Assembly: GCF_009914755.1 (NCBI RefSeq)
Contig: NC_060935.1
Length of the DNA: 64,000 nt
Source of the DNA: the human T2T-CHM13v2.0 reference genome, Homo sapiens
Strand: one strand, 5' to 3'
Shown here: in pieces, positions 1 through 14,612 of the stretch
How the letters are laid out: each line of letters starts with the position of its first letter
Numbering within the stretch: position 1 is the first letter of the stretch
Program-made: the position numbers and the translations under genes
Notes under the pieces: model-generated
The model's input: only the letters and a program-made list of their open reading frames with translations
What the model was told of the DNA's origin: nothing
The model's database searches: none

Positions 1-149
1 TGCTTAAATATAGGAGATACAAATTAAATTAATATTTTACAAAGCTATTGTAAAAATAAAATTTAAAAAATATGAATAGAAATATTACAGCTGATAACTT
101 TTCTTTAAAAATCAACTATTAAAGTAACATTTCAAATGGAATTGTATCA

Positions 150-1260
150 TGTAATAGAAGCCATTTTAGGTATGAAAAGAAATCTTGAATTAGAAATTCA
201 CAAATTAAAATTGTATAGGTAAAAAATATGAAGAAATGTTATAGTTGTTAAACTCAGGAAGAAAATGTTTTCAACAGAGCAAAATCATATGAGAAATGAA
301 GAGTAAAGTCCAAGATGTCCAAGCAAGTATACATTTGCATGAACATTTAATAAGGAATATAGAAAAGAAGGAAAGTAAACATAAGAATGAAAATAATTCG
401 GCCGGGCGTGGTGGCTCATGTCTGTAATCCCAGCACTTTGGGAGGATTACCTTGAGGTCAGGAGTTCGAGACCAGCCTGGCCAACATAGTGAAACCCCAT
501 CTCTACTAAAAATACAAAAATTAGGTGGGTGTGGTGGCACATGCCTGTACCCAGCTACTCAGGAGGCTGAGGCAGGGGAATTGCTTTGAGCCCAGGAGTC
601 AAAGGTTGCAGTGAGCCGAGATCGCACCACTGCACTCCAGCCTGGCCAACAGAGTGAGACTCTGTCTCAAAAAAAAAAAAAAAATAATAATAATAATAAT
701 TCAAGAAAGGATTAAAGGGAGTAAGTTGAAATAGCAGTCATATAAAGGAGATCCAACATATAAATATTGGAGTCCCTGAATAGAAGAACAAACTAAACAA
801 CAATGGGGGAAAAAAAAACTGCCCAAAGTGTAATCCAAGGAAGCTTCCTAGAAATAGAAGAAGACAGAAGCTAAGCATTGATAGGGCTCGTGGGTACCTC
901 ATAATATTGACAAGAGCAATCAATTCTGAGATATACTCTATTAAAACCTAAAATTGGAAGATGGAAAAAAATCCTTAGGGCTTCCAGACAAAAAGATTAA
1001 ATAACGAATAAGGGAAAAATAATTATTTTTCTCAAATGCACAAAGTAAGGCAATGGTGAAGCAATGTTTTTAAGAAGTTTAAAGGAACAAAATAGGAGCC
1101 AGGGATTTTAGATCAAGCCAAGCTCTCTTTCAAGTATTAAGAACATAGAAAATCAGTTTGCAATATTCAAGAACACCAGAGTTCACTGTGTTCAAGTGCT
1201 GTTTCTGAGAATTCTACTGAAGGATGGGTGCCATCTAACCATAAATGCCTAGGGAAACTT
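150..1260 (+). mobile_element. Ancient L1 ORF1-like (HAL1/L1M) fragment interrupted by an Alu
   Basis: A-rich degenerate ORF1 motifs (ggagatccaacatataaatattggagtccctgaa; aaaatccttagggcttccag; gccaagctctctttcaag); boundaries approximate. Confidence 0.5.
400..694 (+). mobile_element. AluS (Sx/Sz-like), full length
   Basis: ggccgggcgtggtggctca start, dimeric body, A/(AAT)n tail, short TSD aataattc on both sides. Confidence 0.95.
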
Positions 1261-1791
1261 TGAAAACATAGGCTACTGGATCATTTATTATTTTCAATCA
1301 TAGAACCAACATACAACCAAGAGTGGTAACATTAAAAAATATTATGTAAACATATGATTTGACAAGTAGAAAACATTGCTACTAAAATTATCAGAAGAGC
1401 AAGAGAAAGGGGAAAGATTCAAATTATTCACTACTGGGCAGGTAATGTGTGAGAGTCAAAGAATACCATTTAACAATGATGGATAAAATAATGAAAGATT
1501 GATTGAAAAGTGGGAATAAATAACCATGAATACCAATATATGAACTCATGTAAATTGAAAAGAAGTTAAACATATATCAAATAAAACACACAATTAAAAA
1601 CTTCAACTTTTTCTTAGGAATTTGTCCTTAAACTGTTTTGTGTTATAGATTGAAAAAATGAGTAAATGGATTGACAATTTTGGGAGCTGCAGTTTTATAA
1701 ACTACATGATATATTATGAAGCTCATTACAGTTTGAGAATATCTTTTGAACATAATATAGTTGAAAACACATTTTAAAAAATTTTTTTTTA

Positions 1792-4353
1792 GACAAGTCA
1801 TCAAGATGACTGACTAGAAGTACATGGCACTTACCTTCTCCACGAAGAAGAAACAAAACAGCCAGTAGATAATCAAAAATAGAATAGAGTTTCTAAGGAA
1901 GAACACAGGAATTCAGCAGGGAAGTGACAGGAACTCTCTGAGCCATAAAAACTTGAGATGGCAGCATAGAGAGGGACGTGAAGCAGCCAGTGAGGACAGG
2001 CTCAGAGCCAGAGAGGACTCTATGGTTATAGGAGAAATGGTAGGTGAGACATTGTCAATAGTCCACCTTTCCACCACATATGTCTGCAATCCTAGTAACA
2101 GGGGAGCTCCTAAGTCCTTAGAGGCCCTGAGGTTAGTGTAGGAAACTACCTGGAGTCCATACAACTACATTATTTCAAAGAGGATATTTACATTGGGTCT
2201 CGTCCACACACTGGGACCCAGGATGCTGCAGCACAGTGGCATTTGGAGAGCAGAGGCAACACCATATTACATCCTTCCCTGGAGCCCAATTAACCCTGTA
2301 TTTTCACATTCTTAGGGCCCAACTGACATTACCTCATGTTGACTCAGTTGACTGCAGCATTATGACACCAGCTGGACCCAGTGGTGCCATCATGTCTCTG
2401 GTACCCGAGTCCATACAGTATCCTATATCCCAGGGAAGAGATAATTGAGCATATCCAGGAGGCTGCACCCAGGAAATAGGGAGCCAAAGCATGTGCTCCG
2501 TGGATTCTGAGAGCTGCTTGACTAGGGACACAGACATCAATACAATCTCACCCCTCCAGAGCGCAGGCTGCTGTGCATCCATGTGTACCACCTGGAGACT
2601 GAAAACCTGGCCTCCTACTGCCACCAGAGTTACCTGTGCATAATGTCCAGGGTCTAAGGACTGGCCTGTCTGGACTGCCACCACTACTGCCTGTGACCAC
2701 ACAACCTGCCACAGGAGCCTGAGGCTATATCCAGCCGCCAACATCACTCTGTCTGTATGAGCCATCAGGGGAACTGAGTACTAGTTTACCCATGGCCCAC
2801 TACCACCACAACTGGTACCCAAGTATGCCACCCTGGAGCCTAGGGAGAAATCCACCCAGTGCCCTAGTCTCCAGCAAAGCCTTACTACAGCCTCCACACA
2901 CAACCACAGCCTAAGCCAGTGAGGAACTTACAGATACCACTGATATTTATTAAAGCTGAAGAAATCCTATGGAGACTACACTAAGGTACCCACCCAACAC
3001 CAAAGCTAATGTGTTTTATTCAGTTGACACTATAGATACATCTGCAAGAAGAAAGTACTCCCAGACAGAAGCTACTCCATAATATGGGAAGAAGTGAGTT
3101 TTATACCAGATGTGTAGATATCAATGTACTGACACAAGAAACATGAAAAAGTAGGGGAACATGAAAGTAGGGAAACGTGACATCTCCAAAGAAATACTAT
3201 AACTCCCTAGTAAAAGACTGTGAAGAAAAGAATATCTATGTAATGTTTGAAAAGGAATTCAAAAATAATGATCTTCAGGAAATAAAACAGAACACACATA
3301 CATAATACAAAAATATCAGAAAAACAATTTATGATCAAACGAATGTGACATTAAATAAGGTGCATAACATAAAAACAAACCAGACAGAAACCTTAGAACT
3401 GAAGAATTCAATGGATGAAATAAAAATACAATAGAAAGTAAAGTAAAAATAGAGTATGAAAAAAGTGTATGTAACATGGAACATCATCAAATAAACAAAT
3501 ATTTGAGTTTTGAGAGTTTCAGAAGAGATAAGGAAAAACCATGAAAAAACAATTTAATAATATAATAGCTTAAAAAATTCTCAAATCTTGGAAGAGAGAT
3601 ACATATACAGGAAGCTGAAAGTTTCCCAAATACATTCATCCAAAGAGTTTCTCTTCAGGCACCTTATACTCAAATTTTCAAAAGACAACAACAAAGAGAA
3701 TTCGAAGAACAGCAAGAGGAAAGTGCCAAGTCATTCATAAGGAAATCCTATCAAACTATTAACAGCAGATTTCTCAGGAAAACCCTTACAGGCAAGGAAA
3801 AAATAGAATAATATATGCAAAGAGTATAAAAATGATTACTGTCAGCTAGGAATAATACACACAGTAAAGGTATCCTTCTGAAATGAAGGAGAAATAGTCT
3901 TTCCCAGGCAAAGAAAAAAATGGAGAGAATTCACCACCCTACACGAAATGCTTAAAGGAATGATTGATCTGAAAATGAAAGAATAGTATCTACCATCATG
4001 AGGGCACACAAAATTATAAAACTCACTGTGAAAGCACATACACAAATAAAAAAGAAAGGAATCAAGTTATCACTATAGAAAACTACCAAATCACAAAGAT
4101 AAACAGTAAGAGACCAAGATAAGAAAAAATAACATACAAGATAATCAGAAGCCAATTAACAAAATGACTGAAGTATGTCCTCACTTATCAATAACAACCT
4201 TGAGTGTCAAAGTTTTAAATCCTCCAATTAAGATACAGACAAGCTAAATAGATGTTTTCAAAAGACCCCACTGTATTCTGCCTAAAAAACACTCTAATCA
4301 CCTGTAAAGATTCACATAACTGAAAGTGAAGGTTTGAAAAAAGATATTCCATA
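1792..4353 (+). mobile_element. Old L1 (L1PB/L1MA-type): 5'UTR, decayed ORF1 and start of ORF2 endonuclease
   Basis: caagatgactgactagaag 5' start, GC-richer 5'UTR, ORF1 remnants about 3160-4000, ORF2 start atgactgaagtatgtcctcacttatcaataacaaccttgagtg near 4163. Confidence 0.85.
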
Positions 4354-6119
4354 TAAATCACTAGCATTCATATACACCAACAACAGTCAATACAAGGACC
4401 AAAGCAACAATAAACTGTCATTCAGAATTGCCACAAAAAGAATAAAATACCTACAGATACAACTAACTATAGAAATGAAAGATCTCTACCAAGAGAACTA
4501 CAAACCACTGCTCAAAGAAATCAGAGATGACACAAATGGAAAAACATGTCATGCTCATGGACAAGAAGAATCAATATTGTTAAAATGTCCATACTGCCCA
4601 ATGCGATTTGTACATTTAATGCTATTTATTACTATTCAACTACCATTGACATTCTTCACAGAACTAGAAAAATTACTTCAAAATTCATATGAAACCAATA
4701 AAGAACCTAAATAGCCAAGGCAGTCCTAAGCAAAAAGAACAAAGCTGGAGGCATCACATTACCTGAATTCAAACTATACTACAGGGATCGAGTAAGCAAA
4801 ACAGTAGGTCCTGGTGCAAAAACAGACACATAGATCAATGGGACAAAATAGAGAACCCAGAAATATGACCGTACACCTACAACTCTCTGATCTTCAACAA
4901 ACCTGACAAAAGCAATGGAGAAAGGATTCCCTATTCAATCAATGGTGCTGAAAAACTGCTAGCCATATGCAGAAGAATGAAACTGGATTCGTTCCTTACA
5001 CTATGTGCAAAAATTAATTCAAGATGGATTAAAGACTTAAATGTAAAACCCAAAACTATAAAAATCCTAACAACATAGGCAATACCATTTAGGGCACAGG
5101 CAAAGATTTTACAAAGAAGATGCAAAAAGCAATTGCAACAAAAGCAAAAATTGACAAATGGGATATAATGAAACTACAGACCTTCTGCACAGCAAAAGAA
5201 GCTGTCCTCACAGTAATAGGAGAAAATTTTACAAACTGTGCATTTGACAGAGGTCTAATATCCAGCATCTATAAGAAACAAATTTACAATAAAAAAACAC
5301 ACACAACCCCATAAAAAAGTGGGCAAAGGACACGAACAGACACATTTAAAAAGAAGACATACATGTAGCCAACAAGTACATAAACAAAAGCTCAACATTA
5401 CTGATGAGAGAAATGCAAATCAAAACCACAATGAGATACCATCTCAAACCAGTCAGAATGGCCATTATTAAAAAGTCAAAAAATAACAGATGCTGGCAAG
5501 GTTGTGGAGAGAAAGCATACACTGCTGGTGGGAGTGGAAATTAGCCCACCCATTGTGGAAGACAGTGTGGCAATTCCTCAAAGACCTAAAGACAGAAATA
5601 CCATTTGGCCCAGCAATCCCATTACGGGGTACGTACTCAAAGAATTATAAATCATTCTATTATAAAGACATATGCACACATATGTTAATTGCAGTACTAT
5701 TTACAATAGCAAAGACATGCAATTAACCTAAATGTCCATCAGTGATAGACTGGATAAAGAAAATGTGGTACATATACACTATGGAATACTGTGCAGCCAC
5801 GAAAAAGAACAATATGCCCTTTGCAGGAACATGGACCGAGCCAGAGGCCATTATCCTTAGCAAACTAACACAGGAACAGAAAACCAAATACAGAATGTTC
5901 TTATAAGTGGAAGCTAAATGATAACATATGGGCACATAGAGGGGAAAAACATACTGGGGCCTTTTGGGGAATGGAGGGTGAGAGGAGGGAGAGGATCAGG
6001 AAAAACAGTGGGTACTAGGCTTAATACCTGGATGATGAAATCTGTACAATAAACCCCTATGACATAAGTTTATCTATGTAACAAACCTGTACTTGTACCC
6101 TGAAATTAAAACAAAAGTT
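4354..6119 (+). mobile_element. 5'-truncated L1PA13-16-like element (ORF2 3' part and 3'UTR)
   Basis: ORF track shows [31 protein letters not shown]; 3'UTR ...gggtactaggcttaatacctgg...tgtaccctgaa. Confidence 0.9.
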
Positions 6120-6130
6120 GTTATACAAAC

Positions 6131-7488
6131 AAAAGCCCCAAATAAATAAAATCATAAAAAGGAGATAATACAACTGATACCACAGAAATACAAAGGATCA
6201 TTAGAGATAACTATGAACAGGTATATGCCAACAAATAGAAAACCTATAGGAAATGAATGAATTCATAGGCATATATTAGGAAGAAATGAAAAAGCTCACC
6301 ACACTAATAATAAATAACAAGTTTGAGTCAGTAATAAAAAGCCTCCCAATAAACCCCGGGACAGGACTGCTTTACTGCTGAATTCTGCCAATCTTTCAAA
6401 AAAGAGCAAACACCAATTCTACTCAAACTGTTCCAGAAATATAGAAAAGAATTATTCCTAATATATTCTATGAGGCCAGCATTACACTGTTTGAAAACCA
6501 AACAAGGATACAGTGAAAAAGAAAGCTATACGCCAATATGTCTAATTAGCATAGATGCAGAAATCATCAATAAAATAGTAGGAAACTGAATCCAAGAGCA
6601 CATCAAAAAGATAATATACGATTATTTATCCCAGTATGCATGTATGACTTACCCCAGCAATGCAAAGATGTGATTCATCACATCAATCAAATGATGGACA
6701 AAAAACATATGCTCATCTTAATAGGTGTAGACAGAGCATTTGATAAAGTGCAACTGTTCTCCATGATAAAAACTTGCAACAAGTTAGGAATAGAAGAAAT
6801 ATACCTCAACAGAATAAAGGCCATATATGACAATCCCACACCTAACACAATAGTGAATGCAGAAAAGGTTATCTCTAAGAACTGGAACAAAATGAGGATG
6901 CTGACTTTCACGCTCTTCTTCAATATAGTACTGGAGAAATTAGGCAAGAAGAAGAAATAAAGCCATCCAAATTGGAAAAGTGGAAGCAAAATTGTCCTCC
7001 ATTGTAGGCAATATGTTATGTAGAGAAATTCCTAAAAACTCAATCAAAATACTCTTAGAACTAATAAATGTAGTAGTTAGAGAAAAAAATTCCATAGTAT
7101 TTCTAGACACAAATAATGAACAAGATGAAAATGAAGTTAATCACATTTACAAAGACTACAAAAAATCTAGGAATTAATTGAGTAAGTAAAAGATTTCTAC
7201 ACTGAAAACCACAAACCACTGAGAAAAATTGAAAAGGATACAAATGGAGGGGCTTTCTGTGTTCGTGAATTGAAAGAATCAATATTGTTAAAATGACCAT
7301 ATTGCACACAGCAATCTACAGGTTTGATACTATCCCTTTTAAAACACCAATGACACTTTTCACAAAAATAGGAAAAAAGAATAAAGATTTGTATGGAACC
7401 ACAAAAGATCCCAAATAGCCAAAGCAATTCTGAACAAGAAGCACAAAGCTGGAGGCATCACACTGCCTGAATTCAACATACACTACAA
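6131..7488 (+). mobile_element. Continuation of the older host L1 ORF2 (RT region, decayed)
   Basis: ggagataatacaactgataccacagaaatac (GDITTD-like); ORF 6640-6960 VIHHIN...AFDKVQ...IKAIYDNPT. Confidence 0.85.
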
Positions 7489-10400
7489 GGGGTGGAACAA
7501 GATGGTGGAATAGAAGCCTACACTGTTCATCCCCCACACTAGAACGCCAAATTTTAACAACTGTCTTCACACAGAAAAACACTGTCACAAGAACCCAAAA
7601 TTAGGTGAGCATATTATGTCCATATTGTTGAAAGGGACATTGAGAAGGGTTTGAGAGAGTCTTGAATCTCTGACACCTCCCCTCCCCCATGTCCCTCAGC
7701 AGCAGCCCTGCTGTTTGGAGTAATAATGTTTGCACTTTGAGGAGGGACAGTGCAGGGATTGGAGGGCTTCACACAGAATTTGTGCTGCTTTGTCACAGCA
7801 GAGAATAAAGCTGAGCTGGGCTCAGCTAGCATCTGCACATGGAAAGAGCATTTGGACCAGCCCTAGCCAGACAGTCACCCATCACAGCAGTTGAAACTTT
7901 CTTGGCAAGCCTCATCACTGCAGACTGAAGTGCCCCAAGGTCCTAGGTAAACTTGAATTGTAGTCTAGAACACAAGGTTTGCAATTCCTAGGCAACTCCC
8001 AGTGCTAGGTTGGGCTTAGAGCCAGTGGACTAGGGTGGCACATGACCTAGTGAGATACCAGCTGGCATGGCAAAGGGAGGACATGTACCCTCCCTCCCAC
8101 AGCCCCAGGCAGTACAGCTCCTAGCAACAAAAGCACCTTCTTCCTTATGCTTAGGAGAGGACAGCAATGAGTAACGAGGACTTCGTCTTGCATCTCGAAT
8201 ATTAGCTCTGCCACAGAAGGATAAGGCACCGGGCAGAGTCATGAAGCCCCCATTCCAAGCCCTAGCTCCTGGATGGCATTCCTAGATACATCCTATGCCA
8301 AAAAGGATCCTGCTGTCTTGAAGGTAAGGACACAATCCTGGCAGGACTCATCACCTGCTAACTAAGGAGCCCTTGGGCTCTGGATAACTACCAGTGATAC
8401 CCAGGGAGTACACTATGGGCCTTGGGCTCTGAGATCTGCTGGCTTCAGGGGAGACTCAGCACATTCTCAGCTGTGGTGGCTATAGTGAAAGACTCCTCCT
8501 GTTTGAGAAAGGCAGAGGGAAAAGCAAAAGGGACATCTTCTTGCACCCTAGGTATCAGCTCGGCCACAGTGGAGTGGAGCAAAAAGCAGGCTTTCTGGGT
8601 CCTTGACTCCAGGTGTAGGCTCTTAGACAGCATTTCTTGACCTTCCCTGGGCCATGGGCGAGCCCACTTTCGTGTAGGGTGAGTTTCAGATCTGACAGCC
8701 TTCACCAAAAACTGATGGAAGAACCCTTGGACTTGAAGCAAACATTGTCAGTAGCCTCGCAGAAGTCCCCATAGACCAGTGGTGGTGGTGGCCAGAGGGA
8801 AGGCTTTTCTGCTTCTGTAAAGGGAAGGAAAGATGGGGAAGAACTTTGCATTGAGGTTTAAGTGCCAGCTTAGTCACAGTAGAATAGAACTTCAGGAAAA
8901 TTGCTAAGATTTTTGACTCTAATCCTTGTTCTCCAGACAACATCTCTGGATATGCCTGGGGCCTGGGGTAAATGACCACCCTGAAGGCAAGGGCCTTCGG
9001 CAGGGCCTAGTGCTACCCAGTTTTCAGTTCTGACCTAGCACTGTCTCAGTGGTGGTGGCCACAGGGGTGCTTGCATCACCAGCCTTCTAGTTTCAGGTGT
9101 CTCAGTACAGAGAAAGAGAGAGAGAGAGAGAGAGTCTGTACGTTTGGGAGAAAATAAGGGATAAGGACAGGAGACTCTGACTGGTAATCCAGAAAAGTCT
9201 TCTATATCTTATCCAAGATGACCAAAGTGTTACCTCTATGAGTCTTCAAAATCCACAATGTTATTGGGCTTGGGGCTAAGTCCCTTCAAAAACCTAGAAA
9301 AACCTTCTCAAGAAAGCCAGGCACAAACAAGCCCAGGCTGTGAAGACTACAATGAATACCTAACTCTTCAATGCCTAAATATCTAAGAACATCTACAAGT
9401 ATCAGCACCATCCAGGAAAACGTGACCTCACCCAATGAACTAAATAAGGCACCAGGGACTATCCTGGAGAAACAGAAATATGTGACCTTTCAGATAGAGA
9501 ATACAAAATAGCTGTCTGGAAGAAACTGAAAGAAATTCATTGTAACACAGAGTGGGAATTCAGAATTTAATCAGATAAAAAGAGATTGAAATAATTAAAA
9601 AGAATCAAAGGGAAAATATAGAGTTGAAAAATGCAATTGACATGCCAAAGAATGCATCAGAGTCTCTGAATAGCAGAACTGATCAAGCAGTAGAAAGAAT
9701 AAGAGCTTAAAGACAGTCTATTTGAAAATACATAGAGGAGGCAAAAGAAAAACAATTTTAAAAAACCATACCTACAAGATCTAGAAAATAGCATCAAAAG
9801 GACAAATCTAAGTTGTTGGCCTTAATAAAGAGGTAGAGAAAGAGACAGGGGTTGATAGTTGATTCAAAGGGTTAAAACAGAGAACTTCCCAAAACCAGAG
9901 AAAAATATCAACCTCCAAATACAAGAAGATTATAGAACACCAAGCATATTTAACCCAAAGATGACTACCTCAAGGCATTTAATAAATTTCCAAAGTCAAG
10001 CATTAAAAAAGGATCTTAAAAGCAGCAAGAGAAAAGAAAAAAATAACCTACAATGAAGCTCCAGTATGTCTGGTAGCAGACTTTTCAGTAGAAACCTTAC
10101 AGGCCAAAAGAGTGGCATGATATATTTGAAGTGCTGAAATAAGAAAAAATCTTTTAACCTAGAATTGTATAGCAAAAACATTCTTTAAGCATGAAAGTGA
10201 AGTAAAGAACTTCACAGATAAATAAAATCTGTGGGAACTCATCACCAGATCTGCCCTACATGAATTGGTAAAGGGAGATTTTAAATCTGAAATCAACAGA
10301 AGGTACAAAACTCACTGGTAATCTTTAAATGAGCAAGAAGAAATCAACTGAAGGTACAAAACTCACTGGTAATAGTAAGCACTGGAAAATATAGAATAGT

Positions 10401-13400
10401 ACAGTGCTATAATTTTACTGCATAAGCTTCTCAATTTAATTAGAAAGACTAAATGATGAACCAATCAAAAATAACTACAACTTTGCAAGACACAGTACAA
10501 AACATAAAAAGGAACAACAAAATGTTAAAAAGTGGAGGACAAAGTTAAAATGTAGAGTTTTTATTGTTTTTCTTTTGTGTGTGTGTTAATATAATCAGTG
10601 CTAAGTTGTCATCAATTTAAAATAATGGGTTATAGGATAGTATTTGCAAGCCGCATAGTAATTTCAAACCAAAAATAACAAAACATATGATGGATATGCA
10701 AAAAATAAAAAGCAAGAAATGCAAGCATACTACCAGAGAGTGTCATCTTCACTAAAAGGAAGACAGAAAGGAAGGGGAAAAGATAAGAGAAGAACACACA
10801 ACAACCAGAAAACAAATAACAAACTGGCAGGAGTAAGTTCCTACTTATTAATAATAACATTGAATGTAGGTGTACTAAACTCTCCAATCTGAAGACACAG
10901 AGTGGCTGAATGTATGAAAAAACAAGGCCCAGTGATCTTTTGCCTACAAGGTACAAGGAGCATGCTTCACCTATAAAGGTACATAGACTGAAAATAAAAG
11001 GATGGAAAAAAATATTCCATGACAATGGAAACCAAAAACAGCAGGAGTAGTTATATCAGAGAAAATAGATTTTGAGACCAACACTATAAGAAGAGACAGA
11101 GAAGGCCATTATATAATGATAAAAAGGTCAGTTCAGCAAAAGGGTATAATAGCTATAAATATATATCCACACAACCATGGAATACCAAGATATATAAAGC
11201 AAATATTATTAAAGGTAAAAAGAGAGATAGCTCCCAATACAATAATAGCTGGAGATTTCAGTACCCTACTTTAAGCATTGGACAGGTATTCCAGGCAGAA
11301 GATCACGAAATATTGGAAATAATCTGCACTATAGAATCAATGGACCTAATAGATATTTACAGAACATTTCATAAAATGGCTGCAGAATATACATTTTGTT
11401 CATTCTCAAAGATAGACCGTATGTTATATTGTAAAACAAGTCATAAAACATTCAAAAAATTGAAATAATATCAAGCATCTTCTCTGATTACAATGGAATA
11501 AAGCTACAAATCAATAACAAAGAATTCTGGAAACTATACAAACACATGGAAATTAAACAACATGACCCAGTGGATTAATGAGAAAATTGAAAAATTTCTT
11601 GGAAAAAAATGATAATGGAAACACAACATATTAAAACCTATGGAATACAATGAAAGCAGTCCTAAGAAGAAAATTTATAGCTATAAATGCCTACGTCAAA
11701 AAAGAATAAAAACTTCAATAACCTAATGATGCATCTTAAAGAACTGGAAAAGTAATACCAAACTGAACAGAAGTTAGTAGAAAAAAGAAATAAGAAAGAT
11801 CAGAGCAGAAACAAATGAAATGAAAACAACACAGAAAGATCAATAAAGCAAAAGTTGTTTTCTGAAAAGATAAACAAAATTACAAACTTGTATCCAGACT
11901 AACAAGAAAAAAAAGACCCAAAGAAATAAAACCAGAGGTAAAAAATGAAACATTAAAACTGATGCTGCAGAGATTCAAAGGATCATTAGTGGCTACCATA
12001 AGTAAGTATATGCTAATAAATAGGATAATCTAGAAGAAATGGGTCATTCCTGCACACTTACAACCTACTAAGATTGAACCAGGAAAATATCCAAAACCTG
12101 TTCAGACCAAGAACAAGTAAGGAGATCAAAGTCATAATAAAAAGTCTCCCAGCAAAGGAAAGCCCAGGACCCAATAACTTCACTTCAGAATTCTACCAAA
12201 CATTTAAAGAAGGCCTAATATCAATCCCATTCAAACTGCCCCCAAAAATAGTGGAAGTGGGAGTACTTGCAAACTCATCCTATCTGGCCAGTATTATCTT
12301 GATACCAAAACCAGAGACACATCAAAAAAAAAAAAAGAAAGAAAGAAAAAGAAAAAAAAACTAGAGGCCAATATCTCTGATGAATATTGATGCAAAAATA
12401 CTCAACAAAACAGCAAACCAAATTCAACAATATGTTAGAAAGATTATTCATCACGACCAAGTGGGATTTACCCCAGGGATGCAAGGGCCATTCAACATGC
12501 AAATCAATCAATGTAAAACATATCAACAGAATAAAGGGCAAGAACCATATGATCATTTCAGCAGATGCTGAAAAATCATTTGATAAATTTCAACATCCCT
12601 TCAGGATAAAAACCCTCAGAAACTGGATGTAGAAGGAACATACCTCAAAATAATAAAAGCCATATATATGACAGACCAACAGTTAGTATTGTACTGAATG
12701 GGGAACATCTGAAAGTCATTTCTCTCGGAACTGCAGCATGACAAAGATGCCCACTTTCACCATTATTATTCAATGTAGTACCGGAGGTCTTAGCTAGAGC
12801 AACTAGACAAGAGAAAGAAATAGAGAGCATCCAAATTGGAAAGAGAGAAGTCAAATTATGCCTATTCACTGGTATGATTTTATATTTGGAAAAACCTGAA
12901 TACTCAACCAAAAAAACTATTAGAACTGATAAACAAATTAAATAAATGTGCCAGATACAAAATCTACATACAAAAGTCAGCATTTCTATATACCAGTAAC
13001 AAAATCAAAAAGGTAATCCCATTTACAGCAGCTACAAATAAAATTAAATACCTAAGAATTAACCAAAGAAGTGAAAGATCTCTATAATAAAAACTATAAA
13101 ACACTGATGAAATAAAGAGGACACCAAAAATTGATAGATTCCATATTCATAGACTAGAATAATCAATATTGTTTAAATGTCCATACTACCCAAAGCAATA
13201 TAGAGTTAATGTAATCTCTATCAAATTACCAATAACATTCTTCACATAAATAGAAAAGTGAATTCCAAAATTTATATGAAACAACAAAAGACCCAGAGTA
13301 GATCAAGCTATCCTAAGGAAAAAAAATGGAGGAATCAATTTACATGACTTCCAATTGTTCTACAGAGTTATAGTAACCCAAACAGCATGGTACTGGCATA

Positions 13401-13683
13401 AAAATAGACGGATAGACCAATAGAAGAGAATAGAGAACCCAGAAACAAATCCACACACCTATAGTGAACTCATTTTTGACAAAGGTGCCAAGAACATACC
13501 TTGAGGAAAAGACAGTCTCTTAAATGTGCTGGGGAAACTGGATTTTTATATGCAGAAGAATGAACTTGATCCCTATCTCTTGCCTTATACAAAAATGAAA
13601 TCAAAATGGATTAAAGACTTAAATCTAAGACTTCAAAGATATCTGCACTCCTATGTTTACAAGAGCCAAGATTGAAAGCAACT
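7489..13683 (+). mobile_element. Near full-length old L1 (L1M1/L1MA1-3-like), 3'-truncated
   Basis: New 5' start caagatggtggaatagaag, about 1.9-kb 5'UTR with (GA)n, ORF1 about 9420-10300, ORF2 remnants ([16 protein letters not shown]); jumps at about 13637 to the ORF2 C-terminus and stops. Confidence 0.9.
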
Positions 13684-14499
13684 TATGGGAAGCAGAATTG
13701 TCTTATTCTCAGTATGATTCATTTTGTCTATAGTAATGAAAGTAAGAAAAACTCTAGAAGACTATACAAATCAAATGAAAGAGAGATGGAGGCTGTGGGA
13801 ATGGTAGTTCTGCCCACCTGGGCACATGCCTTTAGTGTTAAAGTTTTAGAGTTCTAATAACTGTTTGAATTAGAGAGTTGACTCATTGGCTATTGGTAAG
13901 GATATATCAGTATTGATCAGTACTTAACCCAAGATAATTTTATTCACAATTAACTTGCTTCTTAAGTTAGCTGATCTGTGAAGGATGCTGCACCACACAG
14001 AAATTTTATTTGCACAAGTATTAAAAAATTTAGGCCTTTCTGTGAAGTGTATTTAGTGCAAAGCTTTAGGTTTATTGACTACCTATGACATCTTTTACAT
14101 AAAGAGCCAAGAGTAAAGCTTTATGAAGTTTATAACCCTAATGATATTTTAATTGTTTTGAATGATAGTTCATGCTATTGTTTCTAGTACATGTTCTTTT
14201 TAACACTGCTTATTTAGTAATTGTTATTATATTTTACAGTTATTGAGCACTCAAATGTGATCACTTTACAGAATAGAACACTTCAGATGATCCTTCCTTA
14301 TTTAATTAAAAATAAACCCTTTAAGAGTAGGTCACCAGCACTCTATTTTTACATCCAGAGTCTTTTAATTATGTAAGAATTTTAGTAACTTTAATCTTTC
14401 TGTGATTACTTTTAGTAAAAACATAGAGATCCAAAATTAAGAAAATAAATATGGTTTGAAAATGCAGATAGCATTAAGAAATCGATTTTTTTAAAAAAA

Positions 14500-14612
14500 G
14501 GTTGTATAGTGTAGAATAATAGGTTACATATTTGTAGTCAAATGGTCAGTGTTGGAATATTGACTTTTTCTGAGATTGGCCAAACTTACTCTCTAAGTGC
14601 CATACTTTTCAC
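14500..14612 (+). mobile_element. MIR fragment
   Basis: Degenerate MIR core (gtatagtgtagaat...ttggccaaacttactctctaagtgcc). Confidence 0.45.

Noticed and set aside
271-540. 89-aa ORF, and similar ORFs at 58150-58604
   Set aside because: Typical Alu-derived translations.
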